Assembly (NCBI GenBank): GCA_043822305.1
Contig: JBDRBU010000093.1
Span: 1 to 11,133, forward strand
DNA: 11,133 bases
Direction of reading: 5' to 3'
Source of the DNA: Candidatus Firestoneibacteriota bacterium
GTDB lineage: Bacteria; Oederibacteriota; D2-FULL-39-29; JBDRBU01
Part shown: piece after piece, positions 1-7,985 of the stretch
How positions within the stretch are numbered: position 1 is the stretch's first letter
How the letters are laid out: every line of letters begins with the position of its first letter
The notes under the pieces: generated by a model
Seen by the model: the letters and a program-made list of their open reading frames with translations, nothing else
The model's database searches: none
Told to the model about the DNA's origin: nothing
Program-made: the position numbers and the translations under genes

Positions 1-142
1 GATAAAATACACAGTGAAGAATTGAACTGTAAAAAGGTCAATATCCTAACCTTAAATTAGGATAAATTCAAATTAAAGGAGGCTTCAGGCAAAGGTAGAA
101 ATATTAAATAAATTTTCTACAATCAAACCTGAAGAACCGGAC

Positions 143-224
143 ACAGTAAAAGAAGTTGTTATTGAAACTATGAAACGATTGCCAGATGGATATTCTCAAA
201 AGAGTTAAAAAATGGGCAAAATAA
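143..224 (+). pseudogene. Internally deleted antitoxin remnant of the small type found upstream of ParE/RelE toxins
   Basis: 143-190 reads TVKEVVIETMKRLPDG. A shifted frame at 189-224 reads DILKRVKKWAK* and overlaps the toxin ATG at 212. These resemble the N- and C-termini of roughly 70-aa antitoxins with the middle missing; no start codon is seen. Confidence 0.55.
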
Positions 225-335
225 AGTGGACAGAAAAAGCAAGTACTCACTTACCAAAATTACAGGATTGTTTATAGAATTACAGAAGGTGATGATATTG
301 AAATACTTGCGGTTATCCATAGTTCTCGGATATAA
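212..335 (+). pseudogene. ParE/RelE-family type II toxin remnant (internal deletion plus frameshift)
   Basis: ATG212 gives MGKIKWTEKASTHL, a ParE-like N-terminal strand-helix. A shifted frame at 255-335 gives QNYRIVYRITEGDDIEILAVIHSSRI*, the typical RelE/ParE C-terminus (YRIVY...EILAVIH..R). The central part is missing. Confidence 0.75.
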
Positions 336-337
336 TA

Positions 338-351
338 AATAGTGTCTGTCC
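338..351 (+). repeat. Junction motif AATAGTGTCTGTCC (copy 1)
   Basis: Matches the reverse complement of 9736-9749 (AATAGTACCTGTCC) at 12 of 14 positions; lies directly after the toxin remnant stop codon. Confidence 0.5.
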
Positions 352-371
352 CTAATTTAATTGGAGGTGTT

Positions 372-926
372 ATGTCATACAATATAAATCAGATGGAAGA
401 AAAGATGAAAAAAGGTTTAGAGCATGTTAGAAAGGAATTCTCCACTGTAAGGACAGGAAGAGCATCTATATCAATACTTGATAATATAAGAGTTGAATAT
501 TATGGTTCTCAAACGCCAATAAACCAGATTGCAAATATTTCAATACCACAGTCAAGATTAATAGAGATTAAACCATGGGACGCAAGTGTTTTATCTAATA
601 TCGAGAAAGCAATTTTAAAGTCCGATTTAGGTCTAACACCTATTAGTGATGGGAAGTCCATTAGAATAAATGTTCCGCCATTAACAGAAGAAAGAAGGCT
701 GGAATTAGTTAAATTTGTTAAAAAAATTGCAGAAGATGGCCGGATAGCTTTAAGAGGAATTAGAAGAAATGCAAATGAGGAAGTTGAAGGGATGAAGAAA
801 AAAGGAGAAATTTCAGAAGATGAAATGAAACGGTCTAAAGAGCAAATCCAAAAACTTTTAGATAGTAATATCTCTCAAATTGATAAAACCATTGCTGAAA
901 AAGAAAAAGAAATAATGGAAGTGTGA
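372..926 (+). CDS. frr: Ribosome recycling factor
   Basis: RTGRA, IRVEYYG..TPINQIANIS, PPLTEERR motifs. Start moved to ATG372, which follows GGAGGT at 363-368, giving 184 aa. Confidence 0.97.
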   Translation: MSYNINQMEEKMKKGLEHVRKEFSTVRTGRASISILDNIRVEYYGSQTPINQIANISIPQSRLIEIKPWDASVLSNIEKAILKSDLGLTPISDGKSIRINVPPLTEERRLELVKFVKKIAEDGRIALRGIRRNANEEVEGMKKKGEISEDEMKRSKEQIQKLLDSNISQIDKTIAEKEKEIMEV

Positions 927-932
927 GAGAAA

Positions 933-1694
933 GTGGAAAAAGTGAAGGAAGAAAGCCTTTTACAGAAAATTAATAAGGACAAACTACCCAAGCATATAGC
1001 CATAATAATGGATGGCAATGGAAGATGGGCTAAAAATAAGAGGTTTTTGCGTATTGAAGGTCATAGAAGAGGAATGAATGCCGTTAAAGAGATTGTTACT
1101 GCTTGTAGAAATTTAGGGATTAAGATTTTAACTTTGTATGCGTTTTCCACAGAGAATTGGAAACGGCCAGAAAAAGAAGTGAATTTTTTAATGAGATTGT
1201 TAAAGCAATATTTAAGAAAAGAAAAGAAAAACTTAATGAAAAATGGAATTCAAATGAGAGTAATTGGCAGGATAAGTGAACTGCCGAATTATGTACAAAA
1301 CGAATTAGAAGATGTGTGTAAAAGGACCAAGAACAATAAAAATATGATATTAAATCTTGCGTTAAATTATAGCGGTAGAATTGAAATTATAGATACAGTA
1401 AGAAAACTTTTAAAAGATATAATAAATGTGAGAACTAAATTAAATATTTCAAATCTGATTAATTCTATTGATGAGGATATTTTTTCAAGTTATGTTTATA
1501 CTGCTGGTTTACCTGAACCTGATTTACTTGTAAGGACCGGTGGAGAAATAAGAATCAGTAACTTTTTACTCTGGCAGATTGCTTACACAGAACTATGGTT
1601 TACTGATGTTTTATGGCCAGATTTTAAAAAAGAGCATTTATATCTATCAATCGTTGATTATCAAAAAAGAGAAAGAAGATTTGGAGGAGTATAA
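933..1694 (+). CDS. uppS: Undecaprenyl diphosphate synthase (cis-prenyltransferase)
   Basis: HIAIIMDGNGRWA, YAFSTENWKRP, RISNFLLWQ, RERRFGG. GTG start (933 or 942). Confidence 0.97.
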   Translation: MEKVKEESLLQKINKDKLPKHIAIIMDGNGRWAKNKRFLRIEGHRRGMNAVKEIVTACRNLGIKILTLYAFSTENWKRPEKEVNFLMRLLKQYLRKEKKNLMKNGIQMRVIGRISELPNYVQNELEDVCKRTKNNKNMILNLALNYSGRIEIIDTVRKLLKDIINVRTKLNISNLINSIDEDIFSSYVYTAGLPEPDLLVRTGGEIRISNFLLWQIAYTELWFTDVLWPDFKKEHLYLSIVDYQKRERRFGGV

Positions 1695-1697
1695 TAT

Positions 1698-2507
1698 ATG
1701 TTAAAAAGAATAATAGTGGCTATATTATTTATACCGTTATTTACCGTTACAATATTCTTAGAAAATCCAATTTTTTACTATTGTCTTGTTAGTATTTTTT
1801 TATTGTTAGGTTTACTTGAGTATCATAGTATGATTAAAAAAGCAAATATAGAAACTTTTGGCTGGCTTAATGTATTGCTTTTTATCACGGTTTTATATGG
1901 TATGCTTAAATTTCGTATTTTTAATTTTAATAATCTTATTTTATATGGATTTTTAACGACTCTTGTTGTGTATTCTATTTTAATTGCAATTTTTTCTTTG
2001 TTTAAAAGAGATGTTGAAAGTTCTACGATGAGTATAGTTTTTACAATATTTGGTGCATTTTATTTAATAATTCTTGGAAGCAGTCTTATTTTGTTAAGAA
2101 ATCTGGGAGTAGGGAAGACATTTTTCTTGTTTTTAACTGTCTGGATATACGATAGTGGTGCTTATTTTATTGGAAGTGCCTTTGGCCAAAGAAAAATCAT
2201 GCCGATAATTAGTCCTAATAAATCTTTAGAAGGTTTAATCGGGGGTGTGGTTATTAGTTTAATTATTGTAACTTTTTTAAAATATGTAACGAGTATTATT
2301 CCGTTTGATAGTTTACCATATGCGTTTTTTGTAGTAATAGTTGTTTGTTTATCTGCTCAGGTAGGTGATCTTTTAGAATCGTTGTTAAAAAGATTTTGTG
2401 GTGTAAAAGATTCTTCAAATATTATATCAGGTCATGGTGGAATTTTAGATAAGTTAGATTCGTTTTTATTAGCCACACCAGTTTATTTATTATTATCAAC
2501 CATATGA
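1698..2507 (+). CDS. cdsA: Phosphatidate cytidylyltransferase
   Basis: Polytopic membrane protein with ISPNKSLEG and GDLLESLLKR..GVKDS..IISGHGGILD signature; conserved position after uppS. Confidence 0.95.
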   Translation: MLKRIIVAILFIPLFTVTIFLENPIFYYCLVSIFLLLGLLEYHSMIKKANIETFGWLNVLLFITVLYGMLKFRIFNFNNLILYGFLTTLVVYSILIAIFSLFKRDVESSTMSIVFTIFGAFYLIILGSSLILLRNLGVGKTFFLFLTVWIYDSGAYFIGSAFGQRKIMPIISPNKSLEGLIGGVVISLIIVTFLKYVTSIIPFDSLPYAFFVVIVVCLSAQVGDLLESLLKRFCGVKDSSNIISGHGGILDKLDSFLLATPVYLLLSTI

Positions 2508-3673
2508 AAAAAAAGAAAATAGCCATATTAGGTTCTACAGGTTCGATAGGAATAAATACCTTAAAAGTAATTTCATCATTTCCTTCATATTTTGAAGTAG
2601 TTGGATTAAGTACAAATGGTAATATTGGATTATTAAGTGAACAGATTAAAAAATTTAAACCGAAGATAGTTGCTGTCTGTCATGATGAAAAAGCATTCGA
2701 ATTAAAAGAAATTTGTAAAAATTTAAAATTTCCATCAATATACAGTGGATTTGAAGGATTAATAAAATTAATAAAAGAAACAAATGCAGATTTAGTAGTT
2801 ATTGCACTTTCCGGAACTTCTGGCTTAATACCTGTTTTAGAAACTATAAAATCCAAGAAAAATATAGCCTTAGCCAATAAGGAATCGTTAGTTTCAGCCG
2901 GTAGTATTATCATCAGAGAAGCAAGAAAGAATAATGTTAATATAATTCCAATAGATAGTGAACATAGTGCTATATTTCAGTGTTTGAAGGGTGAGAAATC
3001 TAATAAAATCAGGCGGCTTATCTTAACAGCATCTGGTGGACCTTTTTTTAACTATACAAAAAAACAGTTAAAAGATATTACATTAAGACAATCTTTAAAT
3101 CATCCGAAGTGGAATATGGGTAAGAAGGTTACTATAGATTCGGCAACACTTATGAATAAAGGATTTGAAATTATAGAAGCACATTATCTGTTTAATATAC
3201 CCATAGACAGCATTGATGTTGTGATACAGCCGGAGTGTGTTGTGCATTCTATGGTGGAATTTATTGATGGGTCAATTTTGGCTCAGATTGGGGCAGCAGA
3301 TATGAGAATTCCAATCCAATATGCGCTTTCTTATCCTGAGAGGCTTAATAGTGATTTACCAAGAATTAATATAACACACTTGAAAAATTTAAAGTTCTAT
3401 AAACCGGATGTCCATACTTTTCCTTGCTTGAATTATGCAAGGTATGCGGCTAAAGTAGGGGGAACTTTACCTACTGTTTTAAGCGGAAGTAGTGAAATGG
3501 CAGTAAAAACATTTTTAAACAAACAGATTAAATTTATAAATATTCCAAAGATAATAAAAAAGGTGATGGATATGCATAAAGTTGTGAGAAATCCATCATT
3601 AAACGATGTTCTTTCTGCTGAAAAATGGGCAGAAGAAGTCACAAGAGGAGAAATCCAAAAGGGGAGATTATGA
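2504..3673 (+). CDS. dxr: 1-deoxy-D-xylulose 5-phosphate reductoisomerase
   Basis: LGSTGSIG, LANKES, PIDSEHSAIFQ, LTASGGPF, HPKWNMG.K.TIDSATLMNKGFE. ATGA overlap with cdsA. Confidence 0.97.
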   Translation: MKKKKIAILGSTGSIGINTLKVISSFPSYFEVVGLSTNGNIGLLSEQIKKFKPKIVAVCHDEKAFELKEICKNLKFPSIYSGFEGLIKLIKETNADLVVIALSGTSGLIPVLETIKSKKNIALANKESLVSAGSIIIREARKNNVNIIPIDSEHSAIFQCLKGEKSNKIRRLILTASGGPFFNYTKKQLKDITLRQSLNHPKWNMGKKVTIDSATLMNKGFEIIEAHYLFNIPIDSIDVVIQPECVVHSMVEFIDGSILAQIGAADMRIPIQYALSYPERLNSDLPRINITHLKNLKFYKPDVHTFPCLNYARYAAKVGGTLPTVLSGSSEMAVKTFLNKQIKFINIPKIIKKVMDMHKVVRNPSLNDVLSAEKWAEEVTRGEIQKGRL

Positions 3674-4989
3674 TAATTGCTATAAAGGTTATAATTGCAC
3701 TTGGTGTAGTCATTTTTTTTCATGAATTAGGTCATTTTATTGTGGCAAAACTTAGAGGAGTGAAGGTATTAAAATTTTCACTTGGTTTTGGTCCAAAATT
3801 AATTGGAGTGAAAAAAGGTGATACAGAGTATGTAATTTCTGCCCTGCCTTTTGGTGGATATGTGAAAATGGCTGGAGAGGACTTGAAAGAGGGTAATTTA
3901 ATCGGAGAGAAATGGGAATTTTTTGGCCAACCATGGTGGTCAAGGATTTTAATAGTAGTAGTAGGACCAATTATGAATTTTGCTTTAGCCGTGATTACAT
4001 TTATTTTTATCTTCTGGTATGGTATTGACTTTCCCACTTATTCAACTCAAGTAGGAAGTGTAGAAGTTGGATCAAATGCGGAAAAGAGTGGTTTTAAACC
4101 TTTTGATAAAATAGTTTCTGTTGATGCTAAATTAGTTTCTTCATGGTATGAATTTGAAAAATATGTTTTTGAAAGATCACAGTTCAAGGAAAAAGGTTTA
4201 TCTTATTTTGTGGTTAAAGTGTTAAGAGAAGATAAAGAATTAGAGATAAAATCCGAAGTGAGTGAAAAAGGTATGGCTGGATTAGAACCGAATATACTTC
4301 CTATTATAGATTCTGTTAATCCAGGGAGTCCAGCTTACAAGTCGGGTTTAAAATGCGGTGATGAAATATTAGCCGTTAATAATAAACCAATCTCTCAATG
4401 GTTAGAGTTTCAAAAAGTTGTTCTAACATGTGGAGGTAAAGAATTAAGTTTAAAAATAAAGAGACTTGAAGCGATAATTTTTAAAAATGTTGTTCCAGTG
4501 AAAGATAATATTTTAACAAAAAGATTTTTAATAGGCATATCACCAAAAACAAATCTTTTTTACAAAGAAAGGTTAGGCGTTGTTGAGTCAATTAAAAATG
4601 GCTTTGAAAAGGTTTATTTCTTAACAGTATTACAGTTGAAAGCTATTTACATGATTATAACTAACAAGGTGTCTGCTAAGGATTCTTTGGGTGGTCCGGT
4701 GATGGTTATTCAGGTGGCCTCATCTGCGGCTCAAAAGGGCTTAATTGATTTCCTTGGTTTTTTTGCTTTTATAAATGCAAGTCTTGGTTTAGTAAATCTT
4801 TTACCTATCCCATTGGTTGATGGTGGTTATATATTAGTCTTTCTTATTGAAGGGATAAGAAGAAAACCATTAAGTGTTAAATATATGCAGATTTTTCAAC
4901 AGATTGGACTTTTTATTATTATATCAATTGCTGTGTTAGTTACCTATAATGATGTGTTAAGGATTTTAAGTAGATTATGGAGCAATTAA
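3670..4989 (+). CDS. rseP: RIP metalloprotease RseP (M50 site-2 protease, probably two PDZ domains)
   Basis: HELGH zinc motif, FSLGFGP, PFGGYVKM, NLLPIPLVDGG. Start moved to ATG3670 (ATGA overlap with dxr stop, GGGAG upstream). Confidence 0.93.
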   Translation: MIIAIKVIIALGVVIFFHELGHFIVAKLRGVKVLKFSLGFGPKLIGVKKGDTEYVISALPFGGYVKMAGEDLKEGNLIGEKWEFFGQPWWSRILIVVVGPIMNFALAVITFIFIFWYGIDFPTYSTQVGSVEVGSNAEKSGFKPFDKIVSVDAKLVSSWYEFEKYVFERSQFKEKGLSYFVVKVLREDKELEIKSEVSEKGMAGLEPNILPIIDSVNPGSPAYKSGLKCGDEILAVNNKPISQWLEFQKVVLTCGGKELSLKIKRLEAIIFKNVVPVKDNILTKRFLIGISPKTNLFYKERLGVVESIKNGFEKVYFLTVLQLKAIYMIITNKVSAKDSLGGPVMVIQVASSAAQKGLIDFLGFFAFINASLGLVNLLPIPLVDGGYILVFLIEGIRRKPLSVKYMQIFQQIGLFIIISIAVLVTYNDVLRILSRLWSN

Positions 4990-6053
4990 GACGGAGAAAA
5001 ACAAAAGAAATTAAAATTGGCAAGGTAATAATAGGTGGTAAATTCCCTGTCTCTATTCAATCAATGACAAAAACAGATACAAGGGATGTTCTCTCTACAA
5101 TCAATCAGATAAAAGAATTAGAAAAAGCAGGTTGTGAAATAGTCAGAGTTGCTGTCCCTGATGAAATTTCCGCAAAAAATTTAAGAATTATAAAAAAAGA
5201 AATATCTATTCCTCTTGTGGGTGATATACATTTTAATTACAAACTTGCTTTAATGGCTATTGATTCAGGAGTTGATAAAATCAGAATAAATCCGGGCAAT
5301 ATTGGTGAAGAGTATAAAATAAAAGAAATCTTAAAAGCAGCAAAATTAGCCAGAATTCCAATCAGGATAGGAGTTAACTCAGGTTCTTTAGAAAAATTCA
5401 TGTATAGAAGAAGAGGCGAAGAGTCATTGGAAGTTGCAAAGAAAATGGTGAGTAAGGCTTTATCATTTATAAAATTGTTTGAAAAAAACAAGTTTTTTGA
5501 TATAGTTTTATCTTTAAAAGCATCTGATACTTTAACGACTATAAATGCATATAAACTCATAGCCAAAAAATGCGATTATCCATTTCATATTGGAATAACC
5601 GAGGCTGGAACACTTTTACCTGGAACGGTAAAGTCTTCGATAGGGATGGGAATATTACTTTCAGAAGGAATGGGAGATACTCTTAGAGTTTCTTTAGCCA
5701 GTAGTCCTTTAGATGAAGTAAGAGTAGGTAAAGAAATTTTAAAAACTTTGAAACTAAGAAAAGAAGGAGTGGATTTAATTGTGTGTCCAACCTGTGGCCG
5801 GTGTGAGATAAATATATTTAAAATTGCTGATGAGGTAGAAAAGAATATCTTACATATCAAGAAGTCATTAAAACTTGCCGTAATGGGATGTGTTGTTAAT
5901 GGTCCTGGAGAAGCAAAAGAAGCAGATTTAGGTTTAGCCGGTGGAAAAAAATTAGGGATAATATTTAAATATGGCCAGATAATAAAAAAAGTAAAAGAGA
6001 AAGACTTGGTAAAAGAGTTTTTAAAAGAATTGAGGAAAATATGTTTAAAATAA
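4977..6053 (+). CDS. ispG: (E)-4-hydroxy-3-methylbut-2-enyl diphosphate synthase
   Basis: IQSMT, DIHF, RINPGNIG, RIGVNSGSL, HIGITEAG, GDTLRVSL; Fe-S ligand motifs CPTCGRC and MGCVVNGPGEA. Confidence 0.97.
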   Translation: MEQLRRRKTKEIKIGKVIIGGKFPVSIQSMTKTDTRDVLSTINQIKELEKAGCEIVRVAVPDEISAKNLRIIKKEISIPLVGDIHFNYKLALMAIDSGVDKIRINPGNIGEEYKIKEILKAAKLARIPIRIGVNSGSLEKFMYRRRGEESLEVAKKMVSKALSFIKLFEKNKFFDIVLSLKASDTLTTINAYKLIAKKCDYPFHIGITEAGTLLPGTVKSSIGMGILLSEGMGDTLRVSLASSPLDEVRVGKEILKTLKLRKEGVDLIVCPTCGRCEINIFKIADEVEKNILHIKKSLKLAVMGCVVNGPGEAKEADLGLAGGKKLGIIFKYGQIIKKVKEKDLVKEFLKELRKICLK

Positions 6054-6394
6054 CCGTAGAAGATGAATTTTCTGCCGGTCATTTCTTAAGAGGATATAAA
6101 GGGAAATGTGAAAATATGCACGGGCATAACTATAAAGTTATAGTCGTGGTCAGTGGTAAGAAATTAAATGAAATAGGACTTTTAATAGATTTTGATGTTG
6201 TCAAAGGGAAATTAAGGGAAATAATGAAAGAGTTTGACCATACAGTAATTAATGAACATAAATATTTTAAAAAGAATAATCCATCCGCAGAAAACATAGC
6301 CAAGTATTTTTTTATCCAGCTTAAAAAAGATGTAAAAGTATCTAAAGTAAGCATTTGGGAAACAAGTAAATCTTGGGCAACATATGCAGAATAA
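6041..6394 (+). CDS. queD: 6-carboxy-5,6,7,8-tetrahydropterin synthase
   Basis: FSAGH.L..Y.GKC..MHGHNY, FDHT.IN, PSAENIA, WET motifs; adjacent to queE. Confidence 0.93.
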   Translation: MFKITVEDEFSAGHFLRGYKGKCENMHGHNYKVIVVVSGKKLNEIGLLIDFDVVKGKLREIMKEFDHTVINEHKYFKKNNPSAENIAKYFFIQLKKDVKVSKVSIWETSKSWATYAE

Positions 6395-7103
6395 TGGGTA
6401 TATCACTGAAATATTCTCATCTTTTCAAGGGGAAGGTATATATCTGGGTGTTAAACAAATTTTTATTAGATTCTCTGGTTGTAATCTAAGGTGCAAGTTT
6501 TGTGATACGAAGTATTCGCTAAGTATTAAAAAAAGATGCAAAGTCTATAAAGATAGCAAAGATTACTATTTAAATAATCCTATCGAAGTAAAAGATGTTA
6601 TGCGTCTGATTAGCTGTTATAAGAATGATTTTCATTCTGTTAGTTTGACGGGAGGCGAACCTCTGGCCCAGATTGAATATCTCGAAGAACTAATTAAAGT
6701 TTTAAAAAAGAAAAGAATAAAGGTTTATTTGGATACTAATGGTACTTTAGTCGATGAATTAAAAAGGATAATAAAAAATGTAGATATAATTTCAATGGAT
6801 ATAAAACTGCCATCCTCTACTGGTTTAAGGAGTTTTTGGAATGAACATACGGAGTTTTTAAAAATTTCCAAGAAAAAAGTTTTTGTAAAAGTTGTTATAA
6901 CAGAAAACACGCTAAAGGGTGACATGCTTAAAGCAGTATCTTTAATAAAAGGGATTGATGAGAGTATCCCATTTGTAATTCAAATTGATTCTAATATGCA
7001 TCTTGAAAAATTTTTTGAGAAAATAAAGAAATATTATAATCTTTTAAAATTGAAAGATATTAGGGTTATACCACAAATTCATAAATATTTAAAAATAAAA
7101 TGA
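6384..7103 (+). CDS. queE: 7-carboxy-7-deazaguanine synthase (radical SAM)
   Basis: EIFSSFQGEG, FIRFSGCNLRCKFCDT (CxxxCxxC), LTGGEP, TNG, C-terminal PQIHK. Confidence 0.92.
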   Translation: MQNNGYITEIFSSFQGEGIYLGVKQIFIRFSGCNLRCKFCDTKYSLSIKKRCKVYKDSKDYYLNNPIEVKDVMRLISCYKNDFHSVSLTGGEPLAQIEYLEELIKVLKKKRIKVYLDTNGTLVDELKRIIKNVDIISMDIKLPSSTGLRSFWNEHTEFLKISKKKVFVKVVITENTLKGDMLKAVSLIKGIDESIPFVIQIDSNMHLEKFFEKIKKYYNLLKLKDIRVIPQIHKYLKIK

Positions 7104-7939
7104 AGAACGGATATGCAGATTTACATACTCATACGAATGTTTCTGATTCTACTTTTACAGTAGATGAGTTACTTAACAGGGCAAAAAGTGCCGGGCTTAT
7201 GGCGGTAAGTATTACTGACCATGATGGCGTAGAGGCCATAGATGAAGCAATGAAAATTAATGAAAGATTAGGAATAGAAATCATACCAGGTATTGAATTA
7301 TCTGCAGAAGAAAACGATATTGAAGTGCATATGCTTGGTTATTTTATTAACTGGAATGATAAGGATTTTTTAAACAAACTTAAAATATTAAGAGAGGCAA
7401 GATTAGAAAGAGCAAGAAAAATCATCGAGAAGTTAAATAATTTAAATATAAAACTGTGTCTGGAGGATGTTTTAAAGTTAACGAAATCAGATACTTCCAT
7501 AGGAAGACTACATATTGCCAGAGCACTTAAAAATGCTGGTTATATTTCTGATGTCAGGGAAGCATTCAAAAATTATATAGGGCAGGATGGACCTGCTTAT
7601 GTCCGAAAATATTTTATAAGTCCTGTAGAAGCAATCAATATGATAAAGAAGATAGGGGGGATTCCAGTCTTAGCTCATCCAGCAGTATTAAATAATGATG
7701 CATTAATATTTAAATTAATTCCATTCGGACTTGCAGGTCTAGAGGTATATCGTAGCGAACATTCGACATCGCAGGTGGAACATTATAAGGAATTAGCAGT
7801 TAAAAATAATCTTTTAATTACAGGTGGGTCTGATTGCCATGGTTTAGGAAAAAGCAAGATTTTGATAGGAACTATTTTAATCCCTTATCATTATGTTGAG
7901 TGTTTAAAAAAATATAAATCGATCTTAACAACCCCCTAA
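7100..7939 (+). CDS. PHP-domain phosphoesterase/5'-3' exonuclease, YciV/TrpH (RNase AM)-like
   Basis: DLHTHT..SD, ITDHD, PGIELS, HMLGY, GRLHIA, LAHP, GGSDCHG metal-binding motifs. Confidence 0.88.
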   Translation: MKNGYADLHTHTNVSDSTFTVDELLNRAKSAGLMAVSITDHDGVEAIDEAMKINERLGIEIIPGIELSAEENDIEVHMLGYFINWNDKDFLNKLKILREARLERARKIIEKLNNLNIKLCLEDVLKLTKSDTSIGRLHIARALKNAGYISDVREAFKNYIGQDGPAYVRKYFISPVEAINMIKKIGGIPVLAHPAVLNNDALIFKLIPFGLAGLEVYRSEHSTSQVEHYKELAVKNNLLITGGSDCHGLGKSKILIGTILIPYHYVECLKKYKSILTTP

Positions 7940-7975
7940 CCCCCTTTATTAAGGGGGAATTAAAAGGGGAATTAA
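7932..7975. repeat. C5/G5 palindromic REP-like element (CCCCCTAACCCCCTTTATTAAGGGGG) with duplicated right arm
   Basis: Hairpin CCCCCTT(7940-7946)/AAGGGGG(7951-7957); tandem AAGGGGGAATTAA / AAGGGGAATTAA; GC tracts in very AT-rich DNA; provides the PHP stop codon. Confidence 0.6.
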
Positions 7976-7985
7976 TGGAGGATTT

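Noticed and set aside
95..120. 7-bp inverted repeat GTAGAAA/TTTCTAC
   Set aside because: AT-rich, 12-nt spacer, no U tract; plausible by chance.
342..371. GTG342 start for frr in the ORF track
   Set aside because: It lies inside the junction motif with no SD; ATG372 has GGAGGT and gives the normal RRF length.
3625..3669. N-terminal extension of RseP (MGRRSHKRR...)
   Set aside because: Lies within dxr; ATG3670 gives the canonical short N-terminus before HELGH and an ATGA overlap.
5152..5158. Isolated CTGTCC(C) hexamers inside genes (also near 9451 and 9676)
   Set aside because: They lack the AATAGT half and are explained by codons; not counted as junction motifs.
2680..6925. Minus-strand ORFs (2680-2913, 3433-3723, 3732-4037, 3752-3970, 5237-5566, 5585-6082, 6130-6354, 6212-6406, 6725-6925)
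   Set aside because: All are antisense shadows of well-supported genes, F/I/S/L-biased, with no recognisable motifs.
6041..7103. queD/queE as part of a dpd DNA-modification defence island
   Set aside because: No dpdA/tgt-like or other dpd genes; the context is housekeeping.
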